A stretch of 64,000 bases of DNA from an uncultured Lachnospiraceae bacterium (GTDB lineage Bacteria; Bacillota; Clostridia; Lachnospirales; Lachnospiraceae). Both the position numbers and the translations under genes were made by a program. The notes under the pieces were generated by a model that ran no database searches, was not told the origin of the DNA, and saw only the letters and a list, made by a program, of their open reading frames with translations. This document shows positions 18,120-26,152 of the stretch, in pieces. How positions within the stretch are numbered: the stretch's first letter is position 1; each line of letters begins with the position of its first letter. The stretch spans positions 150,433-214,432 of the forward strand of contig CAWVIZ010000009.1 in assembly GCA_963929535.1 (NCBI GenBank), in the 5' to 3' direction.

Positions 18120-19820
18120 ATGGACACCCTGCAGGACATTATCTATTCTGATCAATATGCGGATCTGATCATTCCCTACCGAAATCTCACTGCCGAAAGC
18201 TTCCTGGAGCGCTATGCCCAGTTCCATCCCCAGATCATCAATGAGGATTATGCGGTGATCCATGCCCTGCTCCCGGCAGACGGCGGAAGGCCCGATGGAT
18301 TTCTCTACAGCATTGTCCCCAATCTGTTCACCACCCTGGACACCACCAGCCTGGAAGTATCCGGCATTTTAAAAACCCAGACCCAGCCAGCTCTTCAGCT
18401 GGAAGGAAGCGGAGTGCTGATGGGTTTTCTGGATACCGGGATCCTTTATACCCATCCCGCCTTCCAGGCTCCCGGCAATCTCACCAGGATCGTCCGGATC
18501 TGGGACCAGACGATTCCTTCCCCACAGGGAAACGGCCCCTTCGGATACGGAACCGAATACACGGAGGATATGATCAACCAGGCGCTTTCCTCCGACAGTC
18601 CTTTTTCCCAGGTTCCTTCCACCGACACCTCCGGACATGGGAGCTATGTGGCCGGTGTAGCCGCGGGAAGCGGCAATCCCCAGGCGGAATTTACCGGAGC
18701 GGCTCCAAAATCCCGCATTGCGGCAGTGCGTCTCAAAGAGGCCAAACCTCATCTGCGCAGCTTCTACTTTGTTTCCGGGGAAGGCCCCATCTACCAGGAA
18801 AATGACCTGATGACCGCGGTACAATACCTGGTGGATCTGGCACGGACGCTGTCCATGCCTCTGGTGATCTGCATCGCCCTGGGAAGCAATCAGGGAGATC
18901 ATATGGGATTTACCCCTCTGGATCTCAGTCTGGCCCGTCTGGAGGCACTTCCGGGAGTTGCCGTATCCGTGGCTGCCGGAAATGAGGCAGGCAAATCCCA
19001 TCACTATTTTGGGGCTGTTCCTTCTGAAACAGTTTCCCAGAGTGTGGAGATCTTTGTACGGGAAAATACTCCCGGATTTTTTCTGGAACTTTGGGGGCAC
19101 CCCCCGGACCTTTTTTCCATTGGCCTGCGTTCTCCCATAGGGGAGACCGTTCCCCGGATCCCCGCCCGTCTGGGACAGACGGAAACCGTCCGCTTCGTAT
19201 TGGAAGAGGCCACAGCCTTTGTCAATTATGAACTGGTTCAGAACACCTCCGGAAGCCAGCTGATCTTCCTCCGCCTGGAAAAGCCTACGGCAGGGATCTG
19301 GCGTATCGATGTTTACTGCTCCAACCGCCTCCGGGGAGAATTCCATACGTGGCTTCCCATCACAGGCCTTTCCTCTCCGGACGTCACCTTTCTTTCGCCT
19401 GATCCCTATACCACCGTCACGGCCCCCTCCGCGGGAAATCAGGTGATCACCTCCGCGGCTTACAGCGCATATACGGAAAGCCTGTTTCTCAATTCCAGCC
19501 GGGGTTACACCAGGGATCAGCAGATCAAACCGGACATCACCTCTCCCGGCGTTGATGTGTTTGGCCCCAGTCTTTCCGGCGGCTATACCCAGAAAAGCGG
19601 CACCAGCGCCGCGGCCGCGCTGACAGCGGGAAGCGCTGCTCTTCTGATGGAATGGAGCATGCGCAGAGGAAATCATTTCCGGTATTTTACCGGCTACGAG
19701 ATTAAAAATTTTCTGATCAGAGGCGCCGACAGAAACCGGGAAGAGTCCTATCCCAACCGGGAATGGGGATACGGAACGCTGAACCTGTATCAGGCTTTCA
19801 CCTCCGTTACCTCCACCTGA
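18120..19820 (+). CDS. S8 family serine peptidase, Csp-like (germination-protease-like size and layout)
   Basis: Motifs FLDTGI, SGHGSYVAG, SGTSAAAALTAG. At 566 aa with an N-terminal prodomain-like segment (YADLIIPYRN), it resembles clostridial CspA/B/C. Confidence 0.8.
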   Translation: MDTLQDIIYSDQYADLIIPYRNLTAESFLERYAQFHPQIINEDYAVIHALLPADGGRPDGFLYSIVPNLFTTLDTTSLEVSGILKTQTQPALQLEGSGVLMGFLDTGILYTHPAFQAPGNLTRIVRIWDQTIPSPQGNGPFGYGTEYTEDMINQALSSDSPFSQVPSTDTSGHGSYVAGVAAGSGNPQAEFTGAAPKSRIAAVRLKEAKPHLRSFYFVSGEGPIYQENDLMTAVQYLVDLARTLSMPLVICIALGSNQGDHMGFTPLDLSLARLEALPGVAVSVAAGNEAGKSHHYFGAVPSETVSQSVEIFVRENTPGFFLELWGHPPDLFSIGLRSPIGETVPRIPARLGQTETVRFVLEEATAFVNYELVQNTSGSQLIFLRLEKPTAGIWRIDVYCSNRLRGEFHTWLPITGLSSPDVTFLSPDPYTTVTAPSAGNQVITSAAYSAYTESLFLNSSRGYTRDQQIKPDITSPGVDVFGPSLSGGYTQKSGTSAAAALTAGSAALLMEWSMRRGNHFRYFTGYEIKNFLIRGADRNREESYPNREWGYGTLNLYQAFTSVTST

Positions 19821-19922
19821 CTGCCGGCAGTCTGCTTTCCCGGGAAATTTTTCCGATTTGTAACACCTTTCTCCTGTCCGTCATAAGATGAAGTGTAATC
19901 AATATTACTGGAGGAACAAAAC

Positions 19923-20165
19923 ATGAGTGATATTACTGCTACCAACTGCGGATGTGAGCGCGACTGTGGATGCGGCGGCGGATGTGGAAATCCCGCAAAC
20001 TTTTTCGGAGGCAACGGAAGCTGCTGTAACCTGATCTGGATCCTTCTGCTCCTGTCCTGCTGCAGCGGAAATGACGGATGCGGAAGCGGCTTTAGCTTCG
20101 GCGGAGACAGCTTCTGCTGGATCATCCTGCTGCTGCTCTTCTGCGGCGGATGCGGAAACAACTGA
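19923..20165 (+). CDS. Cys/Gly-rich tiny transmembrane peptide, tandem duplicated (YjcZ / tiny_TM_bacill-like)
   Basis: 80 aa with 13 Cys. Two G/C-rich segments are each followed by a hydrophobic run (NLIWILLLLSCCSG and FCWIILLLLFCGGCG). A strong GGAGGA ribosome-binding site sits 8 nt upstream. Confidence 0.7.
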   Translation: MSDITATNCGCERDCGCGGGCGNPANFFGGNGSCCNLIWILLLLSCCSGNDGCGSGFSFGGDSFCWIILLLLFCGGCGNN

Positions 20166-20256
20166 TAAACCTTCTGTAACCCTCCGTTTCAGCGGACGAT
20201 GAGCGTGCGCCGCTGGCGGGGCATCAAACGTCTAAGCTGTTGCAGAGTTTTCAGAG

Positions 20257-20284
20257 AAAAGGCCGGGACTCTCCCGGTCTTTTC
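20257..20284. terminator. Bidirectional intrinsic terminator
   Basis: AAAA-GGCCGGGA-CTC-TCCCGGTC-TTTT. Confidence 0.7.
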
Positions 20285-20334
20285 CAATTGAAATACCGAT
20301 GCGGCCCAGGCCGCACCGGCATCAGAATGCGCTG

Positions 20335-20511
20335 CTATTTTTTCAGCTGTCCCTTCACCCTGCTTTCTTTACTGGGGAATCTCTCCGGAATTTTTCTTTT
20401 TGTCTCCTCTTGGGAACACTGTTTTCCCTCCTGTTTTCTTCTGATACATTCCAGATCTATCTCATAAAACTCATTTCCCCTGATTACCAGTTTTTCCTTT
20501 TTCCTATCCAT
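20335..20511 (-). CDS. Small basic hypothetical protein (58 aa)
   Basis: MDRKKEKLVIRGNEFYEIDLECIRRKQ... The ATG is behind AGGAGAGGAAAG. No family recognised. Confidence 0.4.
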   Translation of the reverse strand: MDRKKEKLVIRGNEFYEIDLECIRRKQEGKQCSQEETKRKIPERFPSKESRVKGQLKK

Positions 20512-20668
20512 GGCAGTCTTTCCTCTCCTGATATTGTGCAACACTTCCGCCTGCCGGCTTCACTGTCACAATTTACTATATGCAGACTGTTCCCCCTGTT
20601 TCTTCCTCCAAACAGTTCTATTTTCCATTTTTTTGTCATAGGATTTACAAAAAACCGGAAGGTCAGCT

Positions 20669-21019
20669 ATGAACGAAGATCATGTTTCGCCTATGACCCC
20701 TCTGGATGCCATGATTTCTCAGGATTCCCTGCAGCTTATCAAAGCCGCTGTTCCTTACATGAACGGAAGAGGCCAGCAGGTACTCTCCATCTATGCCAAG
20801 ATCATGGAGCTTTCCAATACGATTTCTCTTTTTGGCAAGCCTCAGCCAGAGCTTTCCATGATGTCCGCCCAGGCGGAATCCATGCAGCCTGCCGACATGC
20901 TGAACGATATCCGTCAGTATGCCCAGGGACCGGCAAAGGAAGCCATCGACCAGGTTCTTTTTGCCCTGAACACCATTCAGCTCATTCAAATGTATCAGGA
21001 AGATCCCGAGACCACCTAA
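20669..21019 (+). CDS. Hypothetical protein (116 aa)
   Basis: ORF with a GGAAGG ribosome-binding site and codon usage similar to its neighbours. No family recognised. Confidence 0.5.
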   Translation: MNEDHVSPMTPLDAMISQDSLQLIKAAVPYMNGRGQQVLSIYAKIMELSNTISLFGKPQPELSMMSAQAESMQPADMLNDIRQYAQGPAKEAIDQVLFALNTIQLIQMYQEDPETT

Positions 21020-21032
21020 GGAGGTGCAAGAT

Positions 21033-21305
21033 ATGTCACAGGATTGGATGAAGGATCCTTCCCTGTCCGGAATCGATCCCGCCAAAATGGCGCTTCTGCA
21101 GTCCTTTATCAACCAGGGAAGCGGAAAGTCACAGAACGAGATCGTATCGGTCCTGATGGCTGCCGCCAACAGTTCCAGGGCAAAAGGTCTGCAGTTTTCT
21201 CCCCAGGAGATGGAACTGATCATCCGGGTTCTGAAAGTTGGAAAGAGCCCTCAGGAAATCGCCCGGATGGACAAAATGCTTTCACTTATGAAAATGATGC
21301 ACTGA
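21033..21305 (+). CDS. Hypothetical protein (90 aa)
   Basis: The ATG at 21033 is 8 nt after AGGAGG, which overlaps the stop of the preceding ORF, so translational coupling is likely. Confidence 0.5.
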   Translation: MSQDWMKDPSLSGIDPAKMALLQSFINQGSGKSQNEIVSVLMAAANSSRAKGLQFSPQEMELIIRVLKVGKSPQEIARMDKMLSLMKMMH

Positions 21306-21357
21306 AGCTTCTCCGCGACAGCTCAGCCCTCAGGCTTTGCTGTTCCATTTTCCAGAC

Positions 21358-21423
21358 ACAGCGGGGCTGCCGTTTCACCACAGCGCAGATCATGCGCAAT
21401 GATGTTTACGGCAGCCCCGCTGT
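21358..21423. terminator. Large perfect inverted repeat between convergent genes (terminator-like, no U-tract)
   Basis: ACAGCGGGGCTGCCGT (21358-21373) and ACGGCAGCCCCGCTGT (21408-21423) are 16-bp perfect arms with a 34-nt spacer. Confidence 0.45.
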
Positions 21424-21438
21424 CATACATTGTTCTCT

Positions 21439-22701
21439 TTAATCCTGATAATTCTCAAGGATGCAGTCTCTCAGCATCACCAGCGCCCATACCACAGCCT
21501 GCTCCCGGATCTTATTCCGGTTGCCGTTAAAGTGAAATTCTCTCACCGTGGTTTTGTCCCTGTAAGCGCAGGCGATATACACCAGTCCCACAGGTTTTTC
21601 CCTGGTGCCTCCATCCGGTCCCGCAAGTCCGGTAACAGACACGCTGATGTCACAGCCCGTACCCTCAACGGCTCCTCTGGCCATTTCCTTGGCGGTTTTT
21701 GCGCTGACAGCCCCCTGATCCTTCAGCGTTGATTTCTTCACAAAGGTAAACTTTCTTTTCGCCCTGTTGGAGTACGTCACCAGCCCCTGCTTCAGCACCT
21801 CAGACGCCCCGGGAACGTTGATGATCCTGGCGGAAAGCGCGCCGCCGGTACAGGATTCCACGGTGGTCAGAGTCAGTTTCTGATCCCTGAGCAGATCCAC
21901 CACACAGTCCTCCAGTGTCTTGTCCTCCTCTGTGGTGTAAATGTTTTTCCCAAATCTCTCCTTCAGCTGGCGCACCACAGGTTTGATCAGCTTTTTGGCA
22001 GACGCCTCGTCCGCTGCCTTGGCTGTCACCCGCAGATGCACTTCACCGGTTTTGGCATAGGTGGCAATGGTGGGATTGATCTGGGAATCGATCAGATCCC
22101 GTATCTGTTCTTCCAGCATGCTTTCTCCGATGCCGCACACCTTCACCATCCGGGAATAAATAACTTCCGGCTGCTTTTCATGCAGATACGGATAAACCTG
22201 ATCCTGAAACATGGGGATCAGTTCATTGGGCGGCCCGGGAAGAAGGATCATCATCTTGCCGTTCTCCTCCATGATCAGTCCCGGAGCAGTTCCATTGGCA
22301 TTATCCAGCACGATCGCCCCTTCCGGAACCAGCGCCTGTTTCCAGTTGTTGGGTGTCAGGGTCATGGACGGATTATTTTTCAGATAATTATCCATATACT
22401 CCTGAATACAGTGTCTGCTGTGTTCGTCCTCCACCAGCTTTTTTCCCATCACCCGGGCTGCCACTTCCTTGGTCATATCATCCTGCGTAGGTCCCAGCCC
22501 GCCGCAGACGATCACCACATCCGACCGTTCCAGTGCCTGGGATATCACCCCGTACATCCGTTCTTCATTGTCACCTACCACGGTCTGATAATACATGGAC
22601 AGCCCCAGGCGGGCACACATCTCTGCCATATAAGCCGCGTTGGTGTTCACAATATTTCCCAGAAGAAGTTCTGTTCCCACACAAACCAGTTCTGCAATCA
22701 T
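21439..22701 (-). CDS. cinA: Competence/damage-inducible protein CinA (MoCF-like domain + nicotinamide-nucleotide amidase)
   Basis: N-terminus MIAELVCVGTELLLGNIVNTNAAY and a C-terminal PncC-like domain. 420 aa. Confidence 0.9.
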   Translation of the reverse strand: MIAELVCVGTELLLGNIVNTNAAYMAEMCARLGLSMYYQTVVGDNEERMYGVISQALERSDVVIVCGGLGPTQDDMTKEVAARVMGKKLVEDEHSRHCIQEYMDNYLKNNPSMTLTPNNWKQALVPEGAIVLDNANGTAPGLIMEENGKMMILLPGPPNELIPMFQDQVYPYLHEKQPEVIYSRMVKVCGIGESMLEEQIRDLIDSQINPTIATYAKTGEVHLRVTAKAADEASAKKLIKPVVRQLKERFGKNIYTTEEDKTLEDCVVDLLRDQKLTLTTVESCTGGALSARIINVPGASEVLKQGLVTYSNRAKRKFTFVKKSTLKDQGAVSAKTAKEMARGAVEGTGCDISVSVTGLAGPDGGTREKPVGLVYIACAYRDKTTVREFHFNGNRNKIREQAVVWALVMLRDCILENYQD

Positions 22702-22763
22702 TTCTCTCTACTCCTTTGTCTTGCTGTAACAGTGAAACCGGAAAGCCGGACTGCCACGTTTTG

Positions 22764-23309
22764 CTACTCCTGCATGGACAAAACCTTACGGTTCTGCCAC
22801 AGATATGTGATCAGAGAGATCACTGTCAGGATCAGGGATCCATAGATCAGAACCTGCTCCAGTACCCAGAAGCTCTCTCCCAGATCCGCGATCAGCAGAA
22901 TGATCATGATCATCTGGCAGACCGTCTTTGCTTTTCCCCAATAGTTTGCCGCAATGACCACACCATTATCCGAGGCGATCAGACGGAAGCCGCTGATGAT
23001 AAATTCCCTTCCAATGATCACGATGACCACCCAGCTGGGGATCCTTCCCAGATCCACCAGGCAGATCATCGCGGAACAAACCAGCAGCTTATCAGCCAGA
23101 GGATCCATAAATTTTCCAAAATTTGTCACCAGATGGTCCCGCCTTGCCAGATAGCCGTCCAGCCAGTCCGTCATGCTGGCAACCACAAAGATAGCCAGAG
23201 AAACCCACTTGCTCCAGCTTCCCAGATCTGCCAGCATAAATACTACAAAAAACGGGATCATGATCACCCGCAGCAGTGTCAGTTTATTCGGTGTATTCAT
23301 CTGTTTCAT
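22764..23309 (-). CDS. pgsA: CDP-diacylglycerol--glycerol-3-phosphate 3-phosphatidyltransferase
   Basis: CDP-alcohol phosphatidyltransferase motif DWLDGYLARRDHLVTNFGKFMDPLADK. The start is ambiguous (23315, 23309 or 23300); 23309 has the best ribosome-binding-site spacing. Confidence 0.9.
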   Translation of the reverse strand: MKQMNTPNKLTLLRVIMIPFFVVFMLADLGSWSKWVSLAIFVVASMTDWLDGYLARRDHLVTNFGKFMDPLADKLLVCSAMICLVDLGRIPSWVVIVIIGREFIISGFRLIASDNGVVIAANYWGKAKTVCQMIMIILLIADLGESFWVLEQVLIYGSLILTVISLITYLWQNRKVLSMQE

Positions 23310-24630
23310 CCGCAATCTCTCCTATCAAATCATACTCCAGCGCTCCTGTAACCCGTACCTTTACAAAGTCTCCGGACATCAAAAGCTCCCCTGTATTGAT
23401 GAAAATGTACCCGTCCACTCCGGGTGCGTCCCCCCATGTCCGGCCCACATAGGCGTTCTCATCCGCCACCTTGCCTTCCACCATGGCCAGCATCTCTTTC
23501 CCCACACAGGACTCTCCGTGTTCCATGGAGATCTCCTGCTGCAGCTCCATGATCTCAGCCTGTCGTTCTTCCTTTACTTCCTCCGGAATCTGATCCGGCA
23601 TCCTGGCAGCCGGCGTATCTTCCTCCGCCGAGTAGGTAAAAACTCCCAGCCTCTCAAATTCCATCTCATTGACAAATTCCAGAAGCTCCTGATGATCCTC
23701 AGGGGTCTCTCCCGGAAATCCGGTGATCAGTGTCGTTCTCAGCACCAGATCCGGAATTTCTCTCCGGAGCGTGGCAATGATCTCCTTCAGCTGGCTTTTG
23801 GTAGTCCTCCTGCCCATCCTTTTCAGGATCCTGTCACTGGCATGCTGAATGGGAAGGTCCAGGTAATGACAGATCTTTTTCTCCTCCCGGATGGTCTGGA
23901 TCAGTTCCGGATAGATCTCCTCAGGATAACAGTACAGTATCCGTATCCAGACCAGACCTGGAATCCTGCACAGCTCCCGCAAAAGGAGATGCAGGGATTT
24001 TTTCCCGTACAGGTCCACACCGTAAACCGTAGTCTCCTGAGCCACCAGGATCAGCTCTTTTACCCCCTGGCTGGCCATCTCCTTCGCCTGAGCGATCAGA
24101 TGCTCCATGGGGACAGAACGGTAGCCTCCTCTGATCCTTGGAATAATGCAGTAGGTACAGTTCTTCTCACATCCTTCGGCAATCTTCAGATATTCATAAT
24201 ATCCTCCGGTAGTGACAACCCGCTTTCCCGGAAGGCGCGGGATCCCCTCCAGCGGTTTGAACTCCAGACACCGCCCGCCTTCAAGGGCCATCTCAAGAGC
24301 TTTCACGATATCATCATGACTGTTGGTCCCCAGCACCGCATCCACCTCAGGAATCTCCTGTACGATCTCTTCCTGATAGCGCTGAGCCAGACACCCGGTA
24401 ACAAGAAGCGCCCGGCATCTGCCTTCCCTTCGGTACTGAGCCATCTCCAGGATCGTATTGACGCTTTCCTCCTTGGCATCGTGGATAAAACAGCAGGTAT
24501 TGATCACGATGGCGTCAGCCGAAGTCTCATCGTCTGTGATCTCCCAGCCCGCCTGAACCAGGGCGCCCAGCATCTCCTCCGAGTCCACCAGATTCTTATC
24601 GCAGCCCAGTGATACAAAAAATACTTTCAT
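23284..24630 (-). CDS. rimO: Ribosomal protein S12 methylthiotransferase
   Basis: MTTase N-terminus MKVFFVSLGCDKN, radical SAM motif CEKNCTYC, and a TRAM-like C-terminus. The ATG at 24630 is behind AAGGAG. Confidence 0.9.
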   Translation of the reverse strand: MKVFFVSLGCDKNLVDSEEMLGALVQAGWEITDDETSADAIVINTCCFIHDAKEESVNTILEMAQYRREGRCRALLVTGCLAQRYQEEIVQEIPEVDAVLGTNSHDDIVKALEMALEGGRCLEFKPLEGIPRLPGKRVVTTGGYYEYLKIAEGCEKNCTYCIIPRIRGGYRSVPMEHLIAQAKEMASQGVKELILVAQETTVYGVDLYGKKSLHLLLRELCRIPGLVWIRILYCYPEEIYPELIQTIREEKKICHYLDLPIQHASDRILKRMGRRTTKSQLKEIIATLRREIPDLVLRTTLITGFPGETPEDHQELLEFVNEMEFERLGVFTYSAEEDTPAARMPDQIPEEVKEERQAEIMELQQEISMEHGESCVGKEMLAMVEGKVADENAYVGRTWGDAPGVDGYIFINTGELLMSGDFVKVRVTGALEYDLIGEIADETDEYTE

Positions 24631-24728
24631 ACTCCTTCTCCCATAGCAAAAGGGGTAACCAGTCTTCTGCATGGCACCCCTTTCTTTTTCAATTGCCGGT
24701 CCGGACAGCATGGAAGGCCGGCAGCCGT

Positions 24729-25109
24729 TCAGCCTTCTGCTTCCCCGCCCTCTGTCTCAGCCTCTTCTGCAGTCTCAACAGCTTCCTCTGAAGCCTCTTC
24801 CGGGCCTTCCCCGGCAGCTGCTTCCTCTTCCGCAGCGTCTTCCGAAAGCTCTTCCAGAACGATGTCCTCCTCTGTCTCCTCATCTTCAGACAGTATCTGT
24901 ACCTTACCCTTGTACAGCTCCTCCACCGCAACGGACAGCGGCTTGTTGGATGGATAATTTACCATCGGTTCAGCTCCCGCAATGATCTGGCGGGCTCTTT
25001 TGCTGGTAGCCAGCACAATGGAGTACCGGCTGTTGCATACCGGAGTATCTCCTTCCTCAGCGTTCTTGTTTACAACCTGCATCAATTCTGTATAAGACGG
25101 ATGTATCAT
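24729..25109 (-). CDS. rpoZ: DNA-directed RNA polymerase subunit omega with a long acidic C-terminal tail
   Basis: Core motif NSRYSIVLATSKRARQI, in the conserved gmk-rpoZ context. It is followed by an E/A-rich tail of about 50 aa. Confidence 0.85.
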   Translation of the reverse strand: MIHPSYTELMQVVNKNAEEGDTPVCNSRYSIVLATSKRARQIIAGAEPMVNYPSNKPLSVAVEELYKGKVQILSEDEETEEDIVLEELSEDAAEEEAAAGEGPEEASEEAVETAEEAETEGGEAEG

Positions 25110-25228
25110 TTTAAATCTCCTTTCTGTTTATGCTTTTCCATTCCCGCGGGCAACGGACCAGGCGGCTATGCCGACAGATCCATTTGGCAGTGCCGCGGAT
25201 CTGATCCCCGCTGCTTACAGCAGGATCT

Positions 25229-25873
25229 CTACTCCTGCGGGCAGGAACTCTCCTTCATCTCTTCCAGCTCCTGCCGGATCCTGCCCACAAAATCCTGATT
25301 GGCTTCCATACGGAGACGCTCCCGCATCACCAGCCGGTGGATCTCCTCCACACAGGCATCCAGATCATCGTTGATCACCAGATAATCATACTGATCCATC
25401 AGCCCGGCTTCCTCCGCCGCTCTGCCCATCCGTTCCCGGATCACTTCCATGGATTCCGTTCCCCTTTTAACCAGACGGTTTTCCAGCTCCCTGGCTGATG
25501 GGGGTGTCACAAACAGCAGCATTGCCTCCGGATTTTTCTTTTTTACCGTCAGGGCTCCCTGCACCTCAATCTCCAGGATCACATCCTTCCCTGCATCCAG
25601 CTGCTCCTGCACATATGCCTTGGGTGTCCCATAATAATTGGACACATACTGGGCATATTCGTACAGGGCATCCTGCCGGATCAGCTCCTCAAATTCCTGG
25701 CGCGTCTTGAAAAAATATTCCCTTCCATCCACTTCGCCCGGTCTGGGAGATCGGGTCGTAGCGGAAATAGAAAGCGCGTAATTGTCATATTTTTTCATCA
25801 GGGCCTTCACCACAGTCCCCTTCCCCGCTCCGGAAAACCCGGAAATGATCACCAAACTTCCTTTTCTACTCAT
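25229..25873 (-). CDS. gmk: Guanylate kinase
   Basis: P-loop GFSGAGKGT and motifs SATTRSPRPGEVDGREYFF. The start at MSRKGSL is behind AAGGGGA. Confidence 0.92.
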   Translation of the reverse strand: MSRKGSLVIISGFSGAGKGTVVKALMKKYDNYALSISATTRSPRPGEVDGREYFFKTRQEFEELIRQDALYEYAQYVSNYYGTPKAYVQEQLDAGKDVILEIEVQGALTVKKKNPEAMLLFVTPPSARELENRLVKRGTESMEVIRERMGRAAEEAGLMDQYDYLVINDDLDACVEEIHRLVMRERLRMEANQDFVGRIRQELEEMKESSCPQE

Positions 25874-26141
25874 CAAGATCCCCTTTTTCTTCAATAATTT
25901 TCTCGTCCGATTGGAACCTGCGGCCAATGGTATCCGGCTGAAGCGCGGAAAGCACCACAAAAGCCTCCTCCGTGATCAGCACAGCCTTTGTCCTCCGCCC
26001 TTGGGTGGCGTCAATGATCCGCCCATTCTCCTTGGCAGTCTGCACCATGCGTTTGATAGGCGCCGCATCCGGACTCACCACCGCCACGATTTTGTCTCCA
26101 TTAACAATATTCCCAAATCCGATATTGATAAACCTGGCCAT
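25866..26141 (-). CDS. remA: RemA/DUF370 family regulator
   Basis: MARFINIGFGNIVNGDKIVAVVSPDAAPIKR is typical of RemA, in the conserved yicC-remA-gmk context. Confidence 0.85.
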   Translation of the reverse strand: MARFINIGFGNIVNGDKIVAVVSPDAAPIKRMVQTAKENGRIIDATQGRRTKAVLITEEAFVVLSALQPDTIGRRFQSDEKIIEEKGDLDE

Positions 26142-26152
26142 TGTCATCCCTC

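Noticed and set aside
19790-20161. 123-aa minus-strand ORF opposite the Cys-rich peptide gene
   Set aside because: It has no ribosome-binding site and its P/Q/S-rich translation simply mirrors the G/C-rich codons. The plus-strand ORF has a strong Shine-Dalgarno sequence and a recognisable tiny-TM layout.
19923-20165. Interpretation of the Cys-rich peptide as a lanthipeptide/sactipeptide-type RiPP precursor
   Set aside because: There is no radical SAM maturase, LanM/LanB/LanC, cyclodehydratase or export/immunity ABC gene within about 10 kb. The hydrophobic-run layout fits the YjcZ-like tiny-TM family better. It is kept only as a minor alternative.
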